IMG/VR virus record: IMGVR_UViG_3300035703_000027
Location: 57,190-121,189 of that record
Length of the DNA stretch: 64,000 nt
Source: a virus
Reading direction: 5' to 3' (one strand)
Translations under genes and position numbers: made by a program
The notes under the pieces: generated by a model
The model's input: only the letters and a program-made list of their open reading frames with translations
What the model was told of the DNA's origin: nothing
Database searches by the model: none
In this document: one piece after another, positions 17,441 to 26,738 of the stretch
Numbering within the stretch: the first letter of the stretch is position 1
How the letters are laid out: each line of letters opens with the position of its first letter

Positions 17441-18247
17441 GTGGTTCGCGCAGAGTTCGATGGTCGTGATTTCCGCTTGACCCTCCCCGCCACCTTGGTG
17501 AAGGGGGGCGGCAAGGCCGCGCCCGTCGGCGGGCGCCTGGTCGAGGGCGTCGCAAGCACCCCGGCGCAGGATCTCCACGGCGAGCGCGTCGAGCCGTCCG
17601 GGCTCGACCTCACCTACTTCGAGCGCCACGGGCGCATCAACTGGGACCACGGCAAGGAGCCCAGCTCCATCATCGGCGAGCCCGTGGACTGGACATGCAC
17701 GCCCAAGCAGTTCTACCTGCACGCGCGCCTGTACGAGAACGTGAAGCGGGCCGAGGACGCCTACGCGCTGCTGAAGGCTGGCGCGCAGCTCGCGTGGTCC
17801 GTCGAGGGCCGCGTGACCGAGCGCGACCCGGACGACCGGCTGCACGTCACGGGCGCCCTGGTGGTGAACGTGGCGCTGACGCCCAACCCGGTCAACCCGG
17901 AAACCACCGCGTTCCTGACGGATCGCGTGGCAAAAAGCGTCACCGAGGGCGCAGCCCTGGCACAGAATCAAGCCGGGGCCAGCTCCGACCTCGCACCCCT
18001 GGTGGTGCAGGCGCTGGAGGGCGCCCCGCAGAACCTTCTGACCGTGCACCTGGCGCTGGCGCCCACCTGCGGCTGTATGGCCTGGGACGCGGACGGCATG
18101 GGCTTCGTGCACGGTTACGCGGGAGCTGTGGCGCACTTCAGCCGGTGCTGCGGTGCGCCCATCGACCAGGCGGCAGCCCTGGCACATCGTTATCGCGCGG
18201 TTGCCCGTGTCACCGGGCGCCAGTTACGGAGGGAGAACAACCCATGA
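17441..18247 (+). CDS. Prohead maturation protease
   Basis: VEGVAST...DLHGE...INWDH...WSVEG...NVALTPNPVNPET; position before scaffold and capsid; start uncertain. Confidence 0.85.
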   Translation: MVRAEFDGRDFRLTLPATLVKGGGKAAPVGGRLVEGVASTPAQDLHGERVEPSGLDLTYFERHGRINWDHGKEPSSIIGEPVDWTCTPKQFYLHARLYENVKRAEDAYALLKAGAQLAWSVEGRVTERDPDDRLHVTGALVVNVALTPNPVNPETTAFLTDRVAKSVTEGAALAQNQAGASSDLAPLVVQALEGAPQNLLTVHLALAPTCGCMAWDADGMGFVHGYAGAVAHFSRCCGAPIDQAAALAHRYRAVARVTGRQLRRENNP

Positions 18248-19002
18248 GCGAAGCCACGAACGCCCTGCGTGCGGCGCTGGCGGGCGAGGACGACCTGGAG
18301 AAGGGGCTTTCCCTCTTTGCCCAGGGCGATCCGATGCAGACCGGCGGCGCGGGACCCAACGGCGGGTTCCAGTTCGGCGAGGATGACGAGGCGGACGAGG
18401 CCGAGAAGTCCTACATCGACAACCCCGAGATGGACAAGGCCTACGACGAAGGCGACGACGACGAGGACTTTGACGACGAGGACGAGGACGAGGAAGGCGA
18501 CGACGACGAGGACGACATGGAGAAGTCGCTGCGCGCTCTGCTCAGCGAGGACGACCTGATCGCCAAGAGCCTCGACGCGGCCCCGGTGCTCGAAGCGCTG
18601 GTGGACGGCCTCGACGAGGTGGCGGAGGGCCTGCGCGGCGAGCTGCGCAAGGGCCTGCGCGAGTCGGCCGAGTCGAGCGACCTGATCGCCCGCGGCCTTG
18701 TGAGCGTCATCGAGGCGCAGCGCGAGCTGTCCGCGATGGTCAAGAGCCTGTCGCAGACGTTCGAGGCGATCGCCGGCAAGCCGGTGGCCCCGCCTCGCTC
18801 ACAGCGGCCGGCGCACGTGCTGGAAAAGGGCATGGGCGCCACTGCTCAGGCCCCCGCGCTCAACGCCGACATGGTGGGCGCCAAGCTGCTCCGGGGCATC
18901 CAGGCCGGGAAGATCGACCCGGTGTGGGCACACCGCTACGAGACGCAGGGCAAGGATCCTGCCAAGCTCCCCGCCGATATTCTCAGCGCAATCCAGGACT
19001 AA
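18244..19002 (+). CDS. Putative scaffolding protein
   Basis: Acidic tract, coiled coil, many x-K-[S/G/A]-hydrophobic motifs; lies between protease and major capsid protein. Confidence 0.7.
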   Translation: MSEATNALRAALAGEDDLEKGLSLFAQGDPMQTGGAGPNGGFQFGEDDEADEAEKSYIDNPEMDKAYDEGDDDEDFDDEDEDEEGDDDEDDMEKSLRALLSEDDLIAKSLDAAPVLEALVDGLDEVAEGLRGELRKGLRESAESSDLIARGLVSVIEAQRELSAMVKSLSQTFEAIAGKPVAPPRSQRPAHVLEKGMGATAQAPALNADMVGAKLLRGIQAGKIDPVWAHRYETQGKDPAKLPADILSAIQD

Positions 19003-19048
19003 CACGGGCTAGGCGGCCCGCTTGGGCCGGATAGGAGGAATGAAAGAC

Positions 19049-20500
19049 ATGTCCGGTCACGTTTCCATGGCCGACTTCGGCGGCCACTTCAGCCACCTGG
19101 GCGACCCCACGGTGAACGGCGGCGCGTTCGCCCGTCACGACGTGGTGAACGCCCTGAACCAGGCCCTGGAGATGCGCAAGTCGCTCGCCACGGGCTCCAA
19201 CCCTGCCCTGGGCTTCCAGGACGGCTCCGCGCTCATCCCGCAGTCGCTCGAAATGACGCTCCAGGTCCTCAGCTTCAAGATGAAGGAGCTGAAGATGTGG
19301 CAGCGCATCAGCAAGGCGCCCGCTCTGGCCATGTTCGAGGAGTACGACGTGCTCCAGCAGTACGGTTCGGACGAGGCGATGTGGATGCAGGAAGGCGGCC
19401 TGCCCGCCGAGGACGGCAGCGTCTACTCGCGTGAGGTCGCACAGGTCAAGTTCCTGGGCACCACCCGCTCCGTCACGCACCCGATGCAAATGGTCCGCAC
19501 CATCACCGGCGTGGACCCCATCATCGAGCGCGAGGACATGAACGGCGTCATGCAGATCCTCCGCAACCTGGAGACGGCGTTCTTCTTCGGCGACGACCGC
19601 GTGAACCCGCTCTCGATCCGCGGCCTCTACCAGCAGGTCCAGATGTCCACCCCGGAGAACATCATCGACCTGCGCGGCAAGCCGCTGACCGACAAGACCC
19701 TCATGGACCTCGACAACGCGTCCGCCGACCAGTACGGCACCCTGGACACGCTGTTCATGTCTAACAAGTCGAAGAACAACCTCAGCCAGATCCTCATGGA
19801 GAACAAGCGCCTGTTCCTCGGGGATATGGGCAAGGACTACACGATGGGCGTGACGGCCAGCAAGTTCGTCGGCAACAACTCCGACGGCATCAGCCTGGAG
19901 TCGCACCAGTTCATCCGTGAGGGCGGCGCGCCCCCGACCACCGTGGCCGACCTCGCCCCCGCGGCGCCGGGTTCGATCACCGTCACCCCCCGCGCTGCGG
20001 GCGTGAACGAGGTCAGCCGCTTCTCCGAGGGCGTGACCGTCACCTACCAGGTGCACGCCATCAACGGCAAGGGCGAGGGCCTCGCCGTCGTCTCCACGGC
20101 CACCACGGTGGACGCGGGCGACGTGGCGGACGTGGTGTTCCCCAACGTGTCGGGCGCGCAGTTCTACCGCATCTACCGCAAGGTGAACGGCGGCAAGATG
20201 CTGCGCCTGATCGAGGTCGGCCGCGGCGCCTCCGCCAACGTGACCTTCACCGACCGCAACCAGTTCATCGAGGGCACCTCGATGGCCTTCGCCCTGATGA
20301 CGGTCGAGGACGCCATCCGCTGGAAGCAGCTCGCCCCGCTGATGAAGCTGCCTCTCGCCACCCTGGACACCCGGACCCGCTGGGCGATCCTGCTCTACGG
20401 CACCATGATGGTCTACCAGCCCCGCAAGCAGTTCGTCTGCATCAACGTGGGCAACGGCGACATCACGCACGACGTGGACATCACCCGCCCCCGCAACTAG
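19049..20500 (+). CDS. Major capsid protein, SPO1/Twort-like
   Basis: RKSLATG...GSALIPQSLE..L..L....EEY....YG...EG.LP...YSR...VKFLGTTRSVT; AGGAGG SD. Confidence 0.9.
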   Translation: MSGHVSMADFGGHFSHLGDPTVNGGAFARHDVVNALNQALEMRKSLATGSNPALGFQDGSALIPQSLEMTLQVLSFKMKELKMWQRISKAPALAMFEEYDVLQQYGSDEAMWMQEGGLPAEDGSVYSREVAQVKFLGTTRSVTHPMQMVRTITGVDPIIEREDMNGVMQILRNLETAFFFGDDRVNPLSIRGLYQQVQMSTPENIIDLRGKPLTDKTLMDLDNASADQYGTLDTLFMSNKSKNNLSQILMENKRLFLGDMGKDYTMGVTASKFVGNNSDGISLESHQFIREGGAPPTTVADLAPAAPGSITVTPRAAGVNEVSRFSEGVTVTYQVHAINGKGEGLAVVSTATTVDAGDVADVVFPNVSGAQFYRIYRKVNGGKMLRLIEVGRGASANVTFTDRNQFIEGTSMAFALMTVEDAIRWKQLAPLMKLPLATLDTRTRWAILLYGTMMVYQPRKQFVCINVGNGDITHDVDITRPRN

Positions 20501-20512
20501 GTGAACAGACCC

Positions 20513-20544
20513 AGGGCCGGCCAGTTCTTGCTGGCCGGCCCTTT
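20513..20544 (+). terminator. Hairpin after the major capsid gene
   Basis: 12-bp stem AGGGCCGGCCAG/CTGGCCGGCCCT followed by TT. Confidence 0.55.
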
Positions 20545-20561
20545 CAATGCAAGGAGCCCCC

Positions 20562-20870
20562 ATGCCCCGAATCAGCAACGCCTTCGGCCTCTCCAGCCTC
20601 AACACCCCGCAAGGCCCGATCGCCTTCGACGCCCGCGGGGTCGCCGAGGTCACACCCGAGCAGGCGGACTTCCTGCTGCGCCTGCCCGGCTATGGCCTGC
20701 TCGACGAGCCCGCTGCTCCGCCGGCCCCGGCCCCGGCTGCGCCCGCGGCGGAGCCCGAGGCCGCACCCGCGGCTGAACCCGAGGCGGAGCCCGAGGTCGC
20801 AGCGCCCGACGCGGACGCCCCCGAGGCCCCGGCGCCCGCCAAGGTGGCCCGCAAGCGCCGGGGGCGCTGA
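20562..20870 (+). CDS. Small head-associated protein with Pro/Ala/Glu-rich tail
   Basis: AAGGAG SD; G.I.FD..G.AEV motif; follows the capsid gene. Confidence 0.6.
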   Translation: MPRISNAFGLSSLNTPQGPIAFDARGVAEVTPEQADFLLRLPGYGLLDEPAAPPAPAPAAPAAEPEAAPAAEPEAEPEVAAPDADAPEAPAPAKVARKRRGR

Positions 20871-20873
20871 CCC

Positions 20874-21980
20874 ATGTACGAGCAGCGGCTCGCCGTGGGC
20901 GTCGGCGGCTACGTCCAGTACCCGTGCTGGCGCGCCGAGGTGGGCATGATCCCCACTGCCGCCCACGTCGCCATCCCCAGCCTCGATTGGGAGTCGTCTG
21001 CTGCCATCATGCGCGACGGCCTCGTGCGCGCACGCCTGCCGCGCCAGCTCGCCGCTGCCCCGGGCACCCACGAGGTCGTCTGGACCCTCACCACGACCCA
21101 GCAGGGCGTCGTCTGGGAGCCCGATGCCCCGCCCGCCGTCGAAACCTACGAGGTTGGCGCCACCCTCGTGCTGGTGGCCGCCGCCGACCTCCCGCCCCCG
21201 CGCTCGGACTGGTACGACGACACCGGCCTGCCGACGCCCACCTACATGCGCGAGAACCAGCTCTTCGGCATCCCGCCGGTGGACGGCGACAACCGCCTGC
21301 TGCCCGACGAGGCGATCGCGCTCGCCATCCGAGCAGGCGTCCACCGCGTCGAGCGCCACCTCGGCATCACCCTCGGGCGCAAGCGCTACAGCGCCCTACC
21401 AGGCGCCCCCGCGGGCGCCCTGGAAGATCCCGGCTATGACTTCGACCCCTCCCGCTTCCGCATCAGCTACGGCTACCTGCGCCTGCGCCACTACCCCGTG
21501 CGCGAGGTGCACGGGCTGGAGCTGTGGCTTGCGAACCACCAGGTCGCCAAGATGCCCGCCGAGTGGGTTCGCCTCAACAAGGCCCGCGGCGACGTGCAGA
21601 TCCTCCCCGGGGCCCTCTCCAACCTGTCGCTCCCGGGTTCCATCGCCCTGCCCATCGTCATGAGCAGCTTCGGCGGCAACGTCGTGCCCCACCTCTGGCG
21701 CGTGGACTACACCGCCGGCATGGACTGCCCGTCCGACATGGCCCAGATCATCGGCATGATCGCCTCGCAGGCCCTGCTCATCATCATCTCGGACTCCACC
21801 ATCGCCGGCATCGCCAGCCAGTCCGTCAGCCTCGACGGGATCAGCGAGAGCATCGCCACCACCTCGTCCGCCACCAACTCGACCTACGGCGCGAACATCA
21901 TCGAACTGGAAAAGCGCATCAAGAAGTGGCTGGAGGAAGTGGGCCCCACCTACGCCGGCCTGCGGATCGTGGTGGTCTGA
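20874..21980 (+). CDS. Head-tail adaptor (neck) protein
   Basis: YLRLRHYPVREV, W.VDYTAG, GIASQSVSLDGISES motifs; synteny. Confidence 0.75.
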   Translation: MYEQRLAVGVGGYVQYPCWRAEVGMIPTAAHVAIPSLDWESSAAIMRDGLVRARLPRQLAAAPGTHEVVWTLTTTQQGVVWEPDAPPAVETYEVGATLVLVAAADLPPPRSDWYDDTGLPTPTYMRENQLFGIPPVDGDNRLLPDEAIALAIRAGVHRVERHLGITLGRKRYSALPGAPAGALEDPGYDFDPSRFRISYGYLRLRHYPVREVHGLELWLANHQVAKMPAEWVRLNKARGDVQILPGALSNLSLPGSIALPIVMSSFGGNVVPHLWRVDYTAGMDCPSDMAQIIGMIASQALLIIISDSTIAGIASQSVSLDGISESIATTSSATNSTYGANIIELEKRIKKWLEEVGPTYAGLRIVVV

Positions 21981-21981
21981 C

Positions 21982-22668
21982 GTGCCTGCCGTCAAAATCG
22001 ACCTCAAGAAGCTCGACGAGCTGATCGCCCGCAAGGGCGTCAACCTGCTGCTGTACAAGGTCGTCGCCTGCCCCTGCCGGGACGACAACGGCTACGTGGA
22101 CCCCACATGCGCGGCCTGCCTCGGCACCGGCTTCGCCCCGGGCCAGCCCACAGGCATCCGCGCCCTGCTGCTCGCGCACGACGCCAGCAAGCAACCGCTG
22201 CCCACCGGCGTGCATGAAACCGGCCTGCGCAGCCTGACGCCCCCGCGGCACGTCCGGCTGTCCGAGGGGGACTGGATCCGCATGGCGCAGTTCCGGGTGC
22301 GCACCAGTGAGGTCATCACGCCGGGTGCCGCCTTCAACGGCCGGCTCGACACCCTGTTCCCCGACGCCATCCTCGGCGTGTCGCGCCTTGTGGACGGCGT
22401 GCTGACCCCAGTGCCGCCCGCGGCCTACACCGACCCCGCCACGGGGGCGCAGGTGCGGCCGGACGGCGCGCTGGCCTGGCAGCCCGGCGCCCTGCCGCCC
22501 GACACGCGCGTCACCGTCGAGTTTGACTACTACGAGGCCTACCAGGTGTGGCGCGGCGCGATGCCGATGCAGCGCGGCGCGGAGGACAAGCGCCTGCCCG
22601 ACAAGGCGATCCTGCGCCGCATCACCCGCAAGGTGCTGCGCCAGCAGCTCGCCGGGGGGGTGCCGTGA
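21982..22668 (+). CDS. Neck/head-closure protein
   Basis: CPC...C..C.G.G motif typical of this position in SPO1-like phages. Confidence 0.7.
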   Translation: MPAVKIDLKKLDELIARKGVNLLLYKVVACPCRDDNGYVDPTCAACLGTGFAPGQPTGIRALLLAHDASKQPLPTGVHETGLRSLTPPRHVRLSEGDWIRMAQFRVRTSEVITPGAAFNGRLDTLFPDAILGVSRLVDGVLTPVPPAAYTDPATGAQVRPDGALAWQPGALPPDTRVTVEFDYYEAYQVWRGAMPMQRGAEDKRLPDKAILRRITRKVLRQQLAGGVP

Positions 22669-23270
22669 CCCTGCACATCGATCTCAGGCCGCGGCGGGCC
22701 AACCTGTTCGCCGCCATCCTCGACCGGCTGCGGCGGCTGCGGCGGCGCGAGCCGTGGGGGCAGACGGCCGCCGCCGTCGCCCGCTTGAGCCAGCAGGGCC
22801 AGCGCGAGGTGCTGCGGGCCCTCAGCGGCGCGACCGTGAGCTGGTCCGGGGGCACCTTCAAGGTCAACCGCCTGACGGGCGGCCTGTACCGCGCGGCGGC
22901 GCAGGGGCTGGAGTACCCCGTGAACGGGGATCGGCTGCACGGCCGCGTGGTGATCGACCACCCGCGCTACGCCTTCGTGCGGGACGGCATGAAGGCGTTC
23001 GACATGAAGCCGGGCCTGCTGCGCTCGCCCAAGGCCAAGGTGGTCATGTCGCGGCGGCACCGGCGCGTGATCCGGTCGTTGCTGGTGCCCATCCAGGACG
23101 GCCCGGGCGGGGCGGTGCAGTTCCGGCGCGTGACGAGCGAGAGCCGCGGGTGGATCCACCCGGGCACGCTGCCGCGCCGGGTGGATGGCTACGCCGCGGA
23201 GGCCATGCGCGACCGGGTGCGCGCCGGGCTGCGCGAGGCCCTGCTGCGCGACCTCGGAGGCCGCTCATGA
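22665..23270 (+). CDS. Neck/tail completion protein
   Basis: FDMKPGLL.S.K...FRRV...S.GWIHPG; synteny. Confidence 0.65.
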   Translation: MTLHIDLRPRRANLFAAILDRLRRLRRREPWGQTAAAVARLSQQGQREVLRALSGATVSWSGGTFKVNRLTGGLYRAAAQGLEYPVNGDRLHGRVVIDHPRYAFVRDGMKAFDMKPGLLRSPKAKVVMSRRHRRVIRSLLVPIQDGPGGAVQFRRVTSESRGWIHPGTLPRRVDGYAAEAMRDRVRAGLREALLRDLGGRS

Positions 23271-23860
23271 ACTTCAAGACGGACGTGATCGCCTACCTCC
23301 AGACCCAGGTGGCGGCGCAGGCGCCGGCCATCCCGTGCCGGGTGCTGAACGCTTACCCCAAGGGGCTGGAGCTGCTGCCTTGTATCAGCGTGAACCACAT
23401 GGCGGGCTCGCTGGAGCGGCAGTTCATCGGCGGCGGGCGCCTCGGGGTGGTGCAGAACGCGGCGGGCGACTGGGTGGACACCGAATCTGCCTACTGGCGT
23501 CAGTCGCTGGAGGTGAGCCTGTGGACCACGAACCCGAAAACGCGCGATGTGCTGGCAAATGCCTGCCGGATGGTGCTATGGCGCATGGTACGGTACTTCT
23601 CGGACACCGCAGACGTGCACGAGATGCGCGTTACGGAGCAAGGCGACGGTCAGGATCTGGAGCAACGGGCCCCGGCTGACGTGTTCTCCGCTGTGTTCGA
23701 GGTGTCCGCGCTCATCCCCATCGACATCGAGTGGCCGCTGGATCTGAGCGAGGGCTTTGAACTCACCGCAGACCTCAACGACAACGTGATGACCGTCTCG
23801 TTTGAAGCACCGCCCCCCGCAGGCGAGACGACCGCCCCAGGCGACACCCCCGCCGTGTAG
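23267..23860 (+). CDS. Putative tail terminator
   Basis: Immediately upstream of the sheath; ATGA coupling. Confidence 0.6.
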   Translation: MNFKTDVIAYLQTQVAAQAPAIPCRVLNAYPKGLELLPCISVNHMAGSLERQFIGGGRLGVVQNAAGDWVDTESAYWRQSLEVSLWTTNPKTRDVLANACRMVLWRMVRYFSDTADVHEMRVTEQGDGQDLEQRAPADVFSAVFEVSALIPIDIEWPLDLSEGFELTADLNDNVMTVSFEAPPPAGETTAPGDTPAV

Positions 23861-23869
23861 GAGGGACCT

Positions 23870-25630
23870 ATGGCAACTCGTGGCATCTACTTCGGGGGTC
23901 GCACGATCCTGATCCCCGGCGCATACGCGCAAGGCGACGCCTCCGATCTGGTGGAGATCACCGTCGGGGCGCTCAACATCGTCATGCTGGTCGGCGAGTC
24001 GGAGGGCGGCGAGCCCAACACCCCGCTGGTGTTCAACGCGGCCGGCCAGGACGCCGCCCTGGCCGTCCTGCGCGGCGGGCCCCTGTACGAGGCGGCCCGT
24101 GCCACCTGGAACCCGAGCCCCAGCAGCGCGGGCGCCGACGTGGTGATCGCGGTGCGGGTCAACCCGGCGGTGCGGGCCTCGCACACCTTCCTGAGCGGCG
24201 CGGCGACGCCCGACAACTGCCTGACGGTGCGCGCGCGCGACTACGGCAAGCACGGCAACAACGCCCAGATCCAGATTCTCGCCGGGACAGCCGACGCCGA
24301 CGCCCGCATCGTCAAGGTGCGCAAACTGGAAGATGGTGTGGACCAGACCAGCCCCGAGTTGGGCAAGGTGCTCGGGCTCGCCTACACCGGCAACGGCACG
24401 GCCACGGCCGAGGTCGTCGAGGTGTACGGGGAGCCCCGCCTCGTGCTCTCTGTGACGGGCGCCACCGACGGCTCCGCATCCTTCACCAAGACCCTGACGG
24501 ACGCGGACGTGGCGACGATCGCCAAGCTGGCCGGCTGGCTGAACGCGCAGACGGGCTTCACCACCAAGGTGTTCGGCCACGACACGATGGCCTCCGCGCT
24601 GCTGGACCGCACGGCCGCCCCGGTGCCCCTGAGCAGCACGCCGACCGCCCTGCGGGGTGTCAACGGCGCGATCGCGGACTGGCTGAACCGCTTCAGCCCC
24701 GCCGCGATCGCCGAGGTGCTCACGCTCGACGCGGTGGCGCCGGCCGGCCCCGTGTTCCTCTCGGGCGGCGGCAACGGTGCGCCCACGCTGGTGCACTGGA
24801 AGAACGCCCTCAAGCAGCTCGAAAGCCAGCCCGGGTACTTCCTCGTGCCCTGCACGGGCGACGCGCTGGTGCACCAGGCATGCCTGGAGCACGTGCTGCG
24901 GATGAGCGACATCAAGATCAAGCGGCGCCGGCAGCTCTGGGTCGGTCACGACCCCGGGCTCGTGACCTTCAGCCCGGACGGCACGGTGGACTTCGACGCG
25001 CTGGAGGCCGCCATCTTCACGCTCAACTCCGAGCGCTGCGTCTACGCCACGCCCGGCATCTACCGGGAGTCGGGCGGGGCCAAGACCCTGTTCGGTTCGT
25101 GGCTGCTGGCCGCCGCCCTCGCCGGCATGAAGGCGGGCGGGATGCCGCAGGAGTCGCTCACGTTCAAGTACGTCAGCGCCCTCGCCGTCGAGGGCATCTT
25201 CGACAGCCTGGAGCAGGAGCAGGCCATCCTGGCGGCGGCGACGCCGCTCGTGCCCGTGCCCAACAAGGGCTTCCAGGTGGTGCTCAACCAGTTCGCCCAG
25301 ACCCGCACCACCAACGTGCTGGAGGTCGAACCGTCGGTGCTGCACTGCGCCGACACCCTGCTAACCAACCTGGAGATGGTGCTCGGCGAGAAGTACACGG
25401 GCAAGCCCGTGACCAGTGACGTAACCTTCCGCCTCAACCAGATCAAGGGCGACACCGAGAAGGTGCTCGCCGAGGCCAGGCGCCTCGGGATGCTGGTCGG
25501 GGACGCCAAGGTGACGCGCGTGACCTACCAGAACCGCACCTACGCCGTCGAACTCAAGGCCGCAATCGCCGAGCCAGGCAACTACATCACCATCGCGGCC
25601 AAGTGGCAGGCCGTGCAGGGCTCGGTTTAG
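23870..25630 (+). CDS. Contractile tail sheath protein
   Basis: IYFGGRTI.IPGAY, G.SEGG.P, LNSER, ESLTFK, E.SV...AD.L; 586 aa. Confidence 0.92.
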   Translation: MATRGIYFGGRTILIPGAYAQGDASDLVEITVGALNIVMLVGESEGGEPNTPLVFNAAGQDAALAVLRGGPLYEAARATWNPSPSSAGADVVIAVRVNPAVRASHTFLSGAATPDNCLTVRARDYGKHGNNAQIQILAGTADADARIVKVRKLEDGVDQTSPELGKVLGLAYTGNGTATAEVVEVYGEPRLVLSVTGATDGSASFTKTLTDADVATIAKLAGWLNAQTGFTTKVFGHDTMASALLDRTAAPVPLSSTPTALRGVNGAIADWLNRFSPAAIAEVLTLDAVAPAGPVFLSGGGNGAPTLVHWKNALKQLESQPGYFLVPCTGDALVHQACLEHVLRMSDIKIKRRRQLWVGHDPGLVTFSPDGTVDFDALEAAIFTLNSERCVYATPGIYRESGGAKTLFGSWLLAAALAGMKAGGMPQESLTFKYVSALAVEGIFDSLEQEQAILAAATPLVPVPNKGFQVVLNQFAQTRTTNVLEVEPSVLHCADTLLTNLEMVLGEKYTGKPVTSDVTFRLNQIKGDTEKVLAEARRLGMLVGDAKVTRVTYQNRTYAVELKAAIAEPGNYITIAAKWQAVQGSV

Positions 25631-25649
25631 GTAGAGGAGGCACCCAGCG

Positions 25650-26234
25650 ATGGCAAAGAAAGACAAGCAATACGTTCGCTCGCACCTGCAAGCGATCATC
25701 TACCTCAAAACAGGCGCCGCCGAAGCGACAGCGCAGCCCATCGGGCACGCGCGGTTGCAATCCTTCAGCGCGGATCACGACTACGGCACGCAGCCCGTGC
25801 ACGGCCTCGGGGACTACCTGCCGGCCGAGCACGTGCACCTGAAGTTCTCGGGCACCATCCAGCTCGAAGCCTTCATGATCCGCAAGGCCGACCTGGTGGC
25901 CCTCGGGCTCGCCCCGCTGGGCGACACCATCCTGCAAAGCGGCACCCTGGAGATCAGCATCCAGGACCCGGACAACGGGGGCAAGGTGCTGCGGAGCTAC
26001 GAGGGCGTCACCATCCAGCGCTACAGTGAGAACGTTCGGGAAGGCCAGATTTGCGGCGAGAACGCCACGTGCTTCTTCCGCGAGGTCAAGCACGATACCG
26101 ACTTCTACTCCGGCTACGCGAGCGCCCCGAGCCCCATCGAGACGACGCCCACGGCCGTCGAACCCGTCAAGCCGGGTGAAACCACGGCCGATCCGACCAC
26201 CAGTCCGGCAGCCGGCTCGCCGCCGGGCAACTAA
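25650..26234 (+). CDS. Tail tube protein
   Basis: QSFSADHDYGT..V.GLG..LP.EHV.LKFSGTI matches the Twort-like tube pattern. Confidence 0.85.
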   Translation: MAKKDKQYVRSHLQAIIYLKTGAAEATAQPIGHARLQSFSADHDYGTQPVHGLGDYLPAEHVHLKFSGTIQLEAFMIRKADLVALGLAPLGDTILQSGTLEISIQDPDNGGKVLRSYEGVTIQRYSENVREGQICGENATCFFREVKHDTDFYSGYASAPSPIETTPTAVEPVKPGETTADPTTSPAAGSPPGN

Positions 26235-26288
26235 CGCCGGATGACCCCCACCGCGCGCCCGCGCGCCCCCCGAAAGGCACCACCGCCC

Positions 26289-26738
26289 ATGCCGAACCCC
26301 ACCGACACCCAGCAACAGGCCGCCCTGGGCATCGCCTACACCGAGCGCTTCACCCTGGCCCAGGCGGTCGAGAGCTTCAACGCCACGCGCGCGCCCATCC
26401 CCAGTGCGGATGGGCGCGTGGTCGAACCCGAGGCGCAACGGCTGACCTTCAGCGACGACTGGTATGCCCGTCACGCGGGGGAGTTCGTGCTGCGGCGGCC
26501 GTCGCTCTACGACGAGATCGCCATGCGGGTGCGCACGGACGCGCTGTCCGGCGGCCGGGCGGAGGCCCTGAGCGGCCTCACGCGCTGGCTGATCGAAGCC
26601 ACGGCGGTGGCGGAGACGCTGCTCATCGGCAAGCCGGACTGGTTCAGCCTCGCCACGCTGCGGGACACGGACGTGCTCTACCTCGTGCACCACTGGTACA
26701 CGGAGTGGAGCGCCCGATTTCGCGACGGCGTTTCATGA
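26289..26738 (+). CDS. Tail assembly chaperone (short form)
   Basis: Lies between tube and tape measure; ends ...TTT CGC GAC GGC GTT TCA TGA. Confidence 0.7.
   Translation: MPNPTDTQQQAALGIAYTERFTLAQAVESFNATRAPIPSADGRVVEPEAQRLTFSDDWYARHAGEFVLRRPSLYDEIAMRVRTDALSGGRAEALSGLTRWLIEATAVAETLLIGKPDWFSLATLRDTDVLYLVHHWYTEWSARFRDGVS

Noticed and set aside
18430-18520. GAC/GAG low-complexity tract as a DNA repeat element
   Set aside because: It simply encodes the acidic linker of the scaffold protein
25651-25657. TGGCAAA at the start of the tube gene (also 23871, 35279, 38714)
   Set aside because: No -10 hexamer at +34 to +36; explained by ATG-GCA or other coding context
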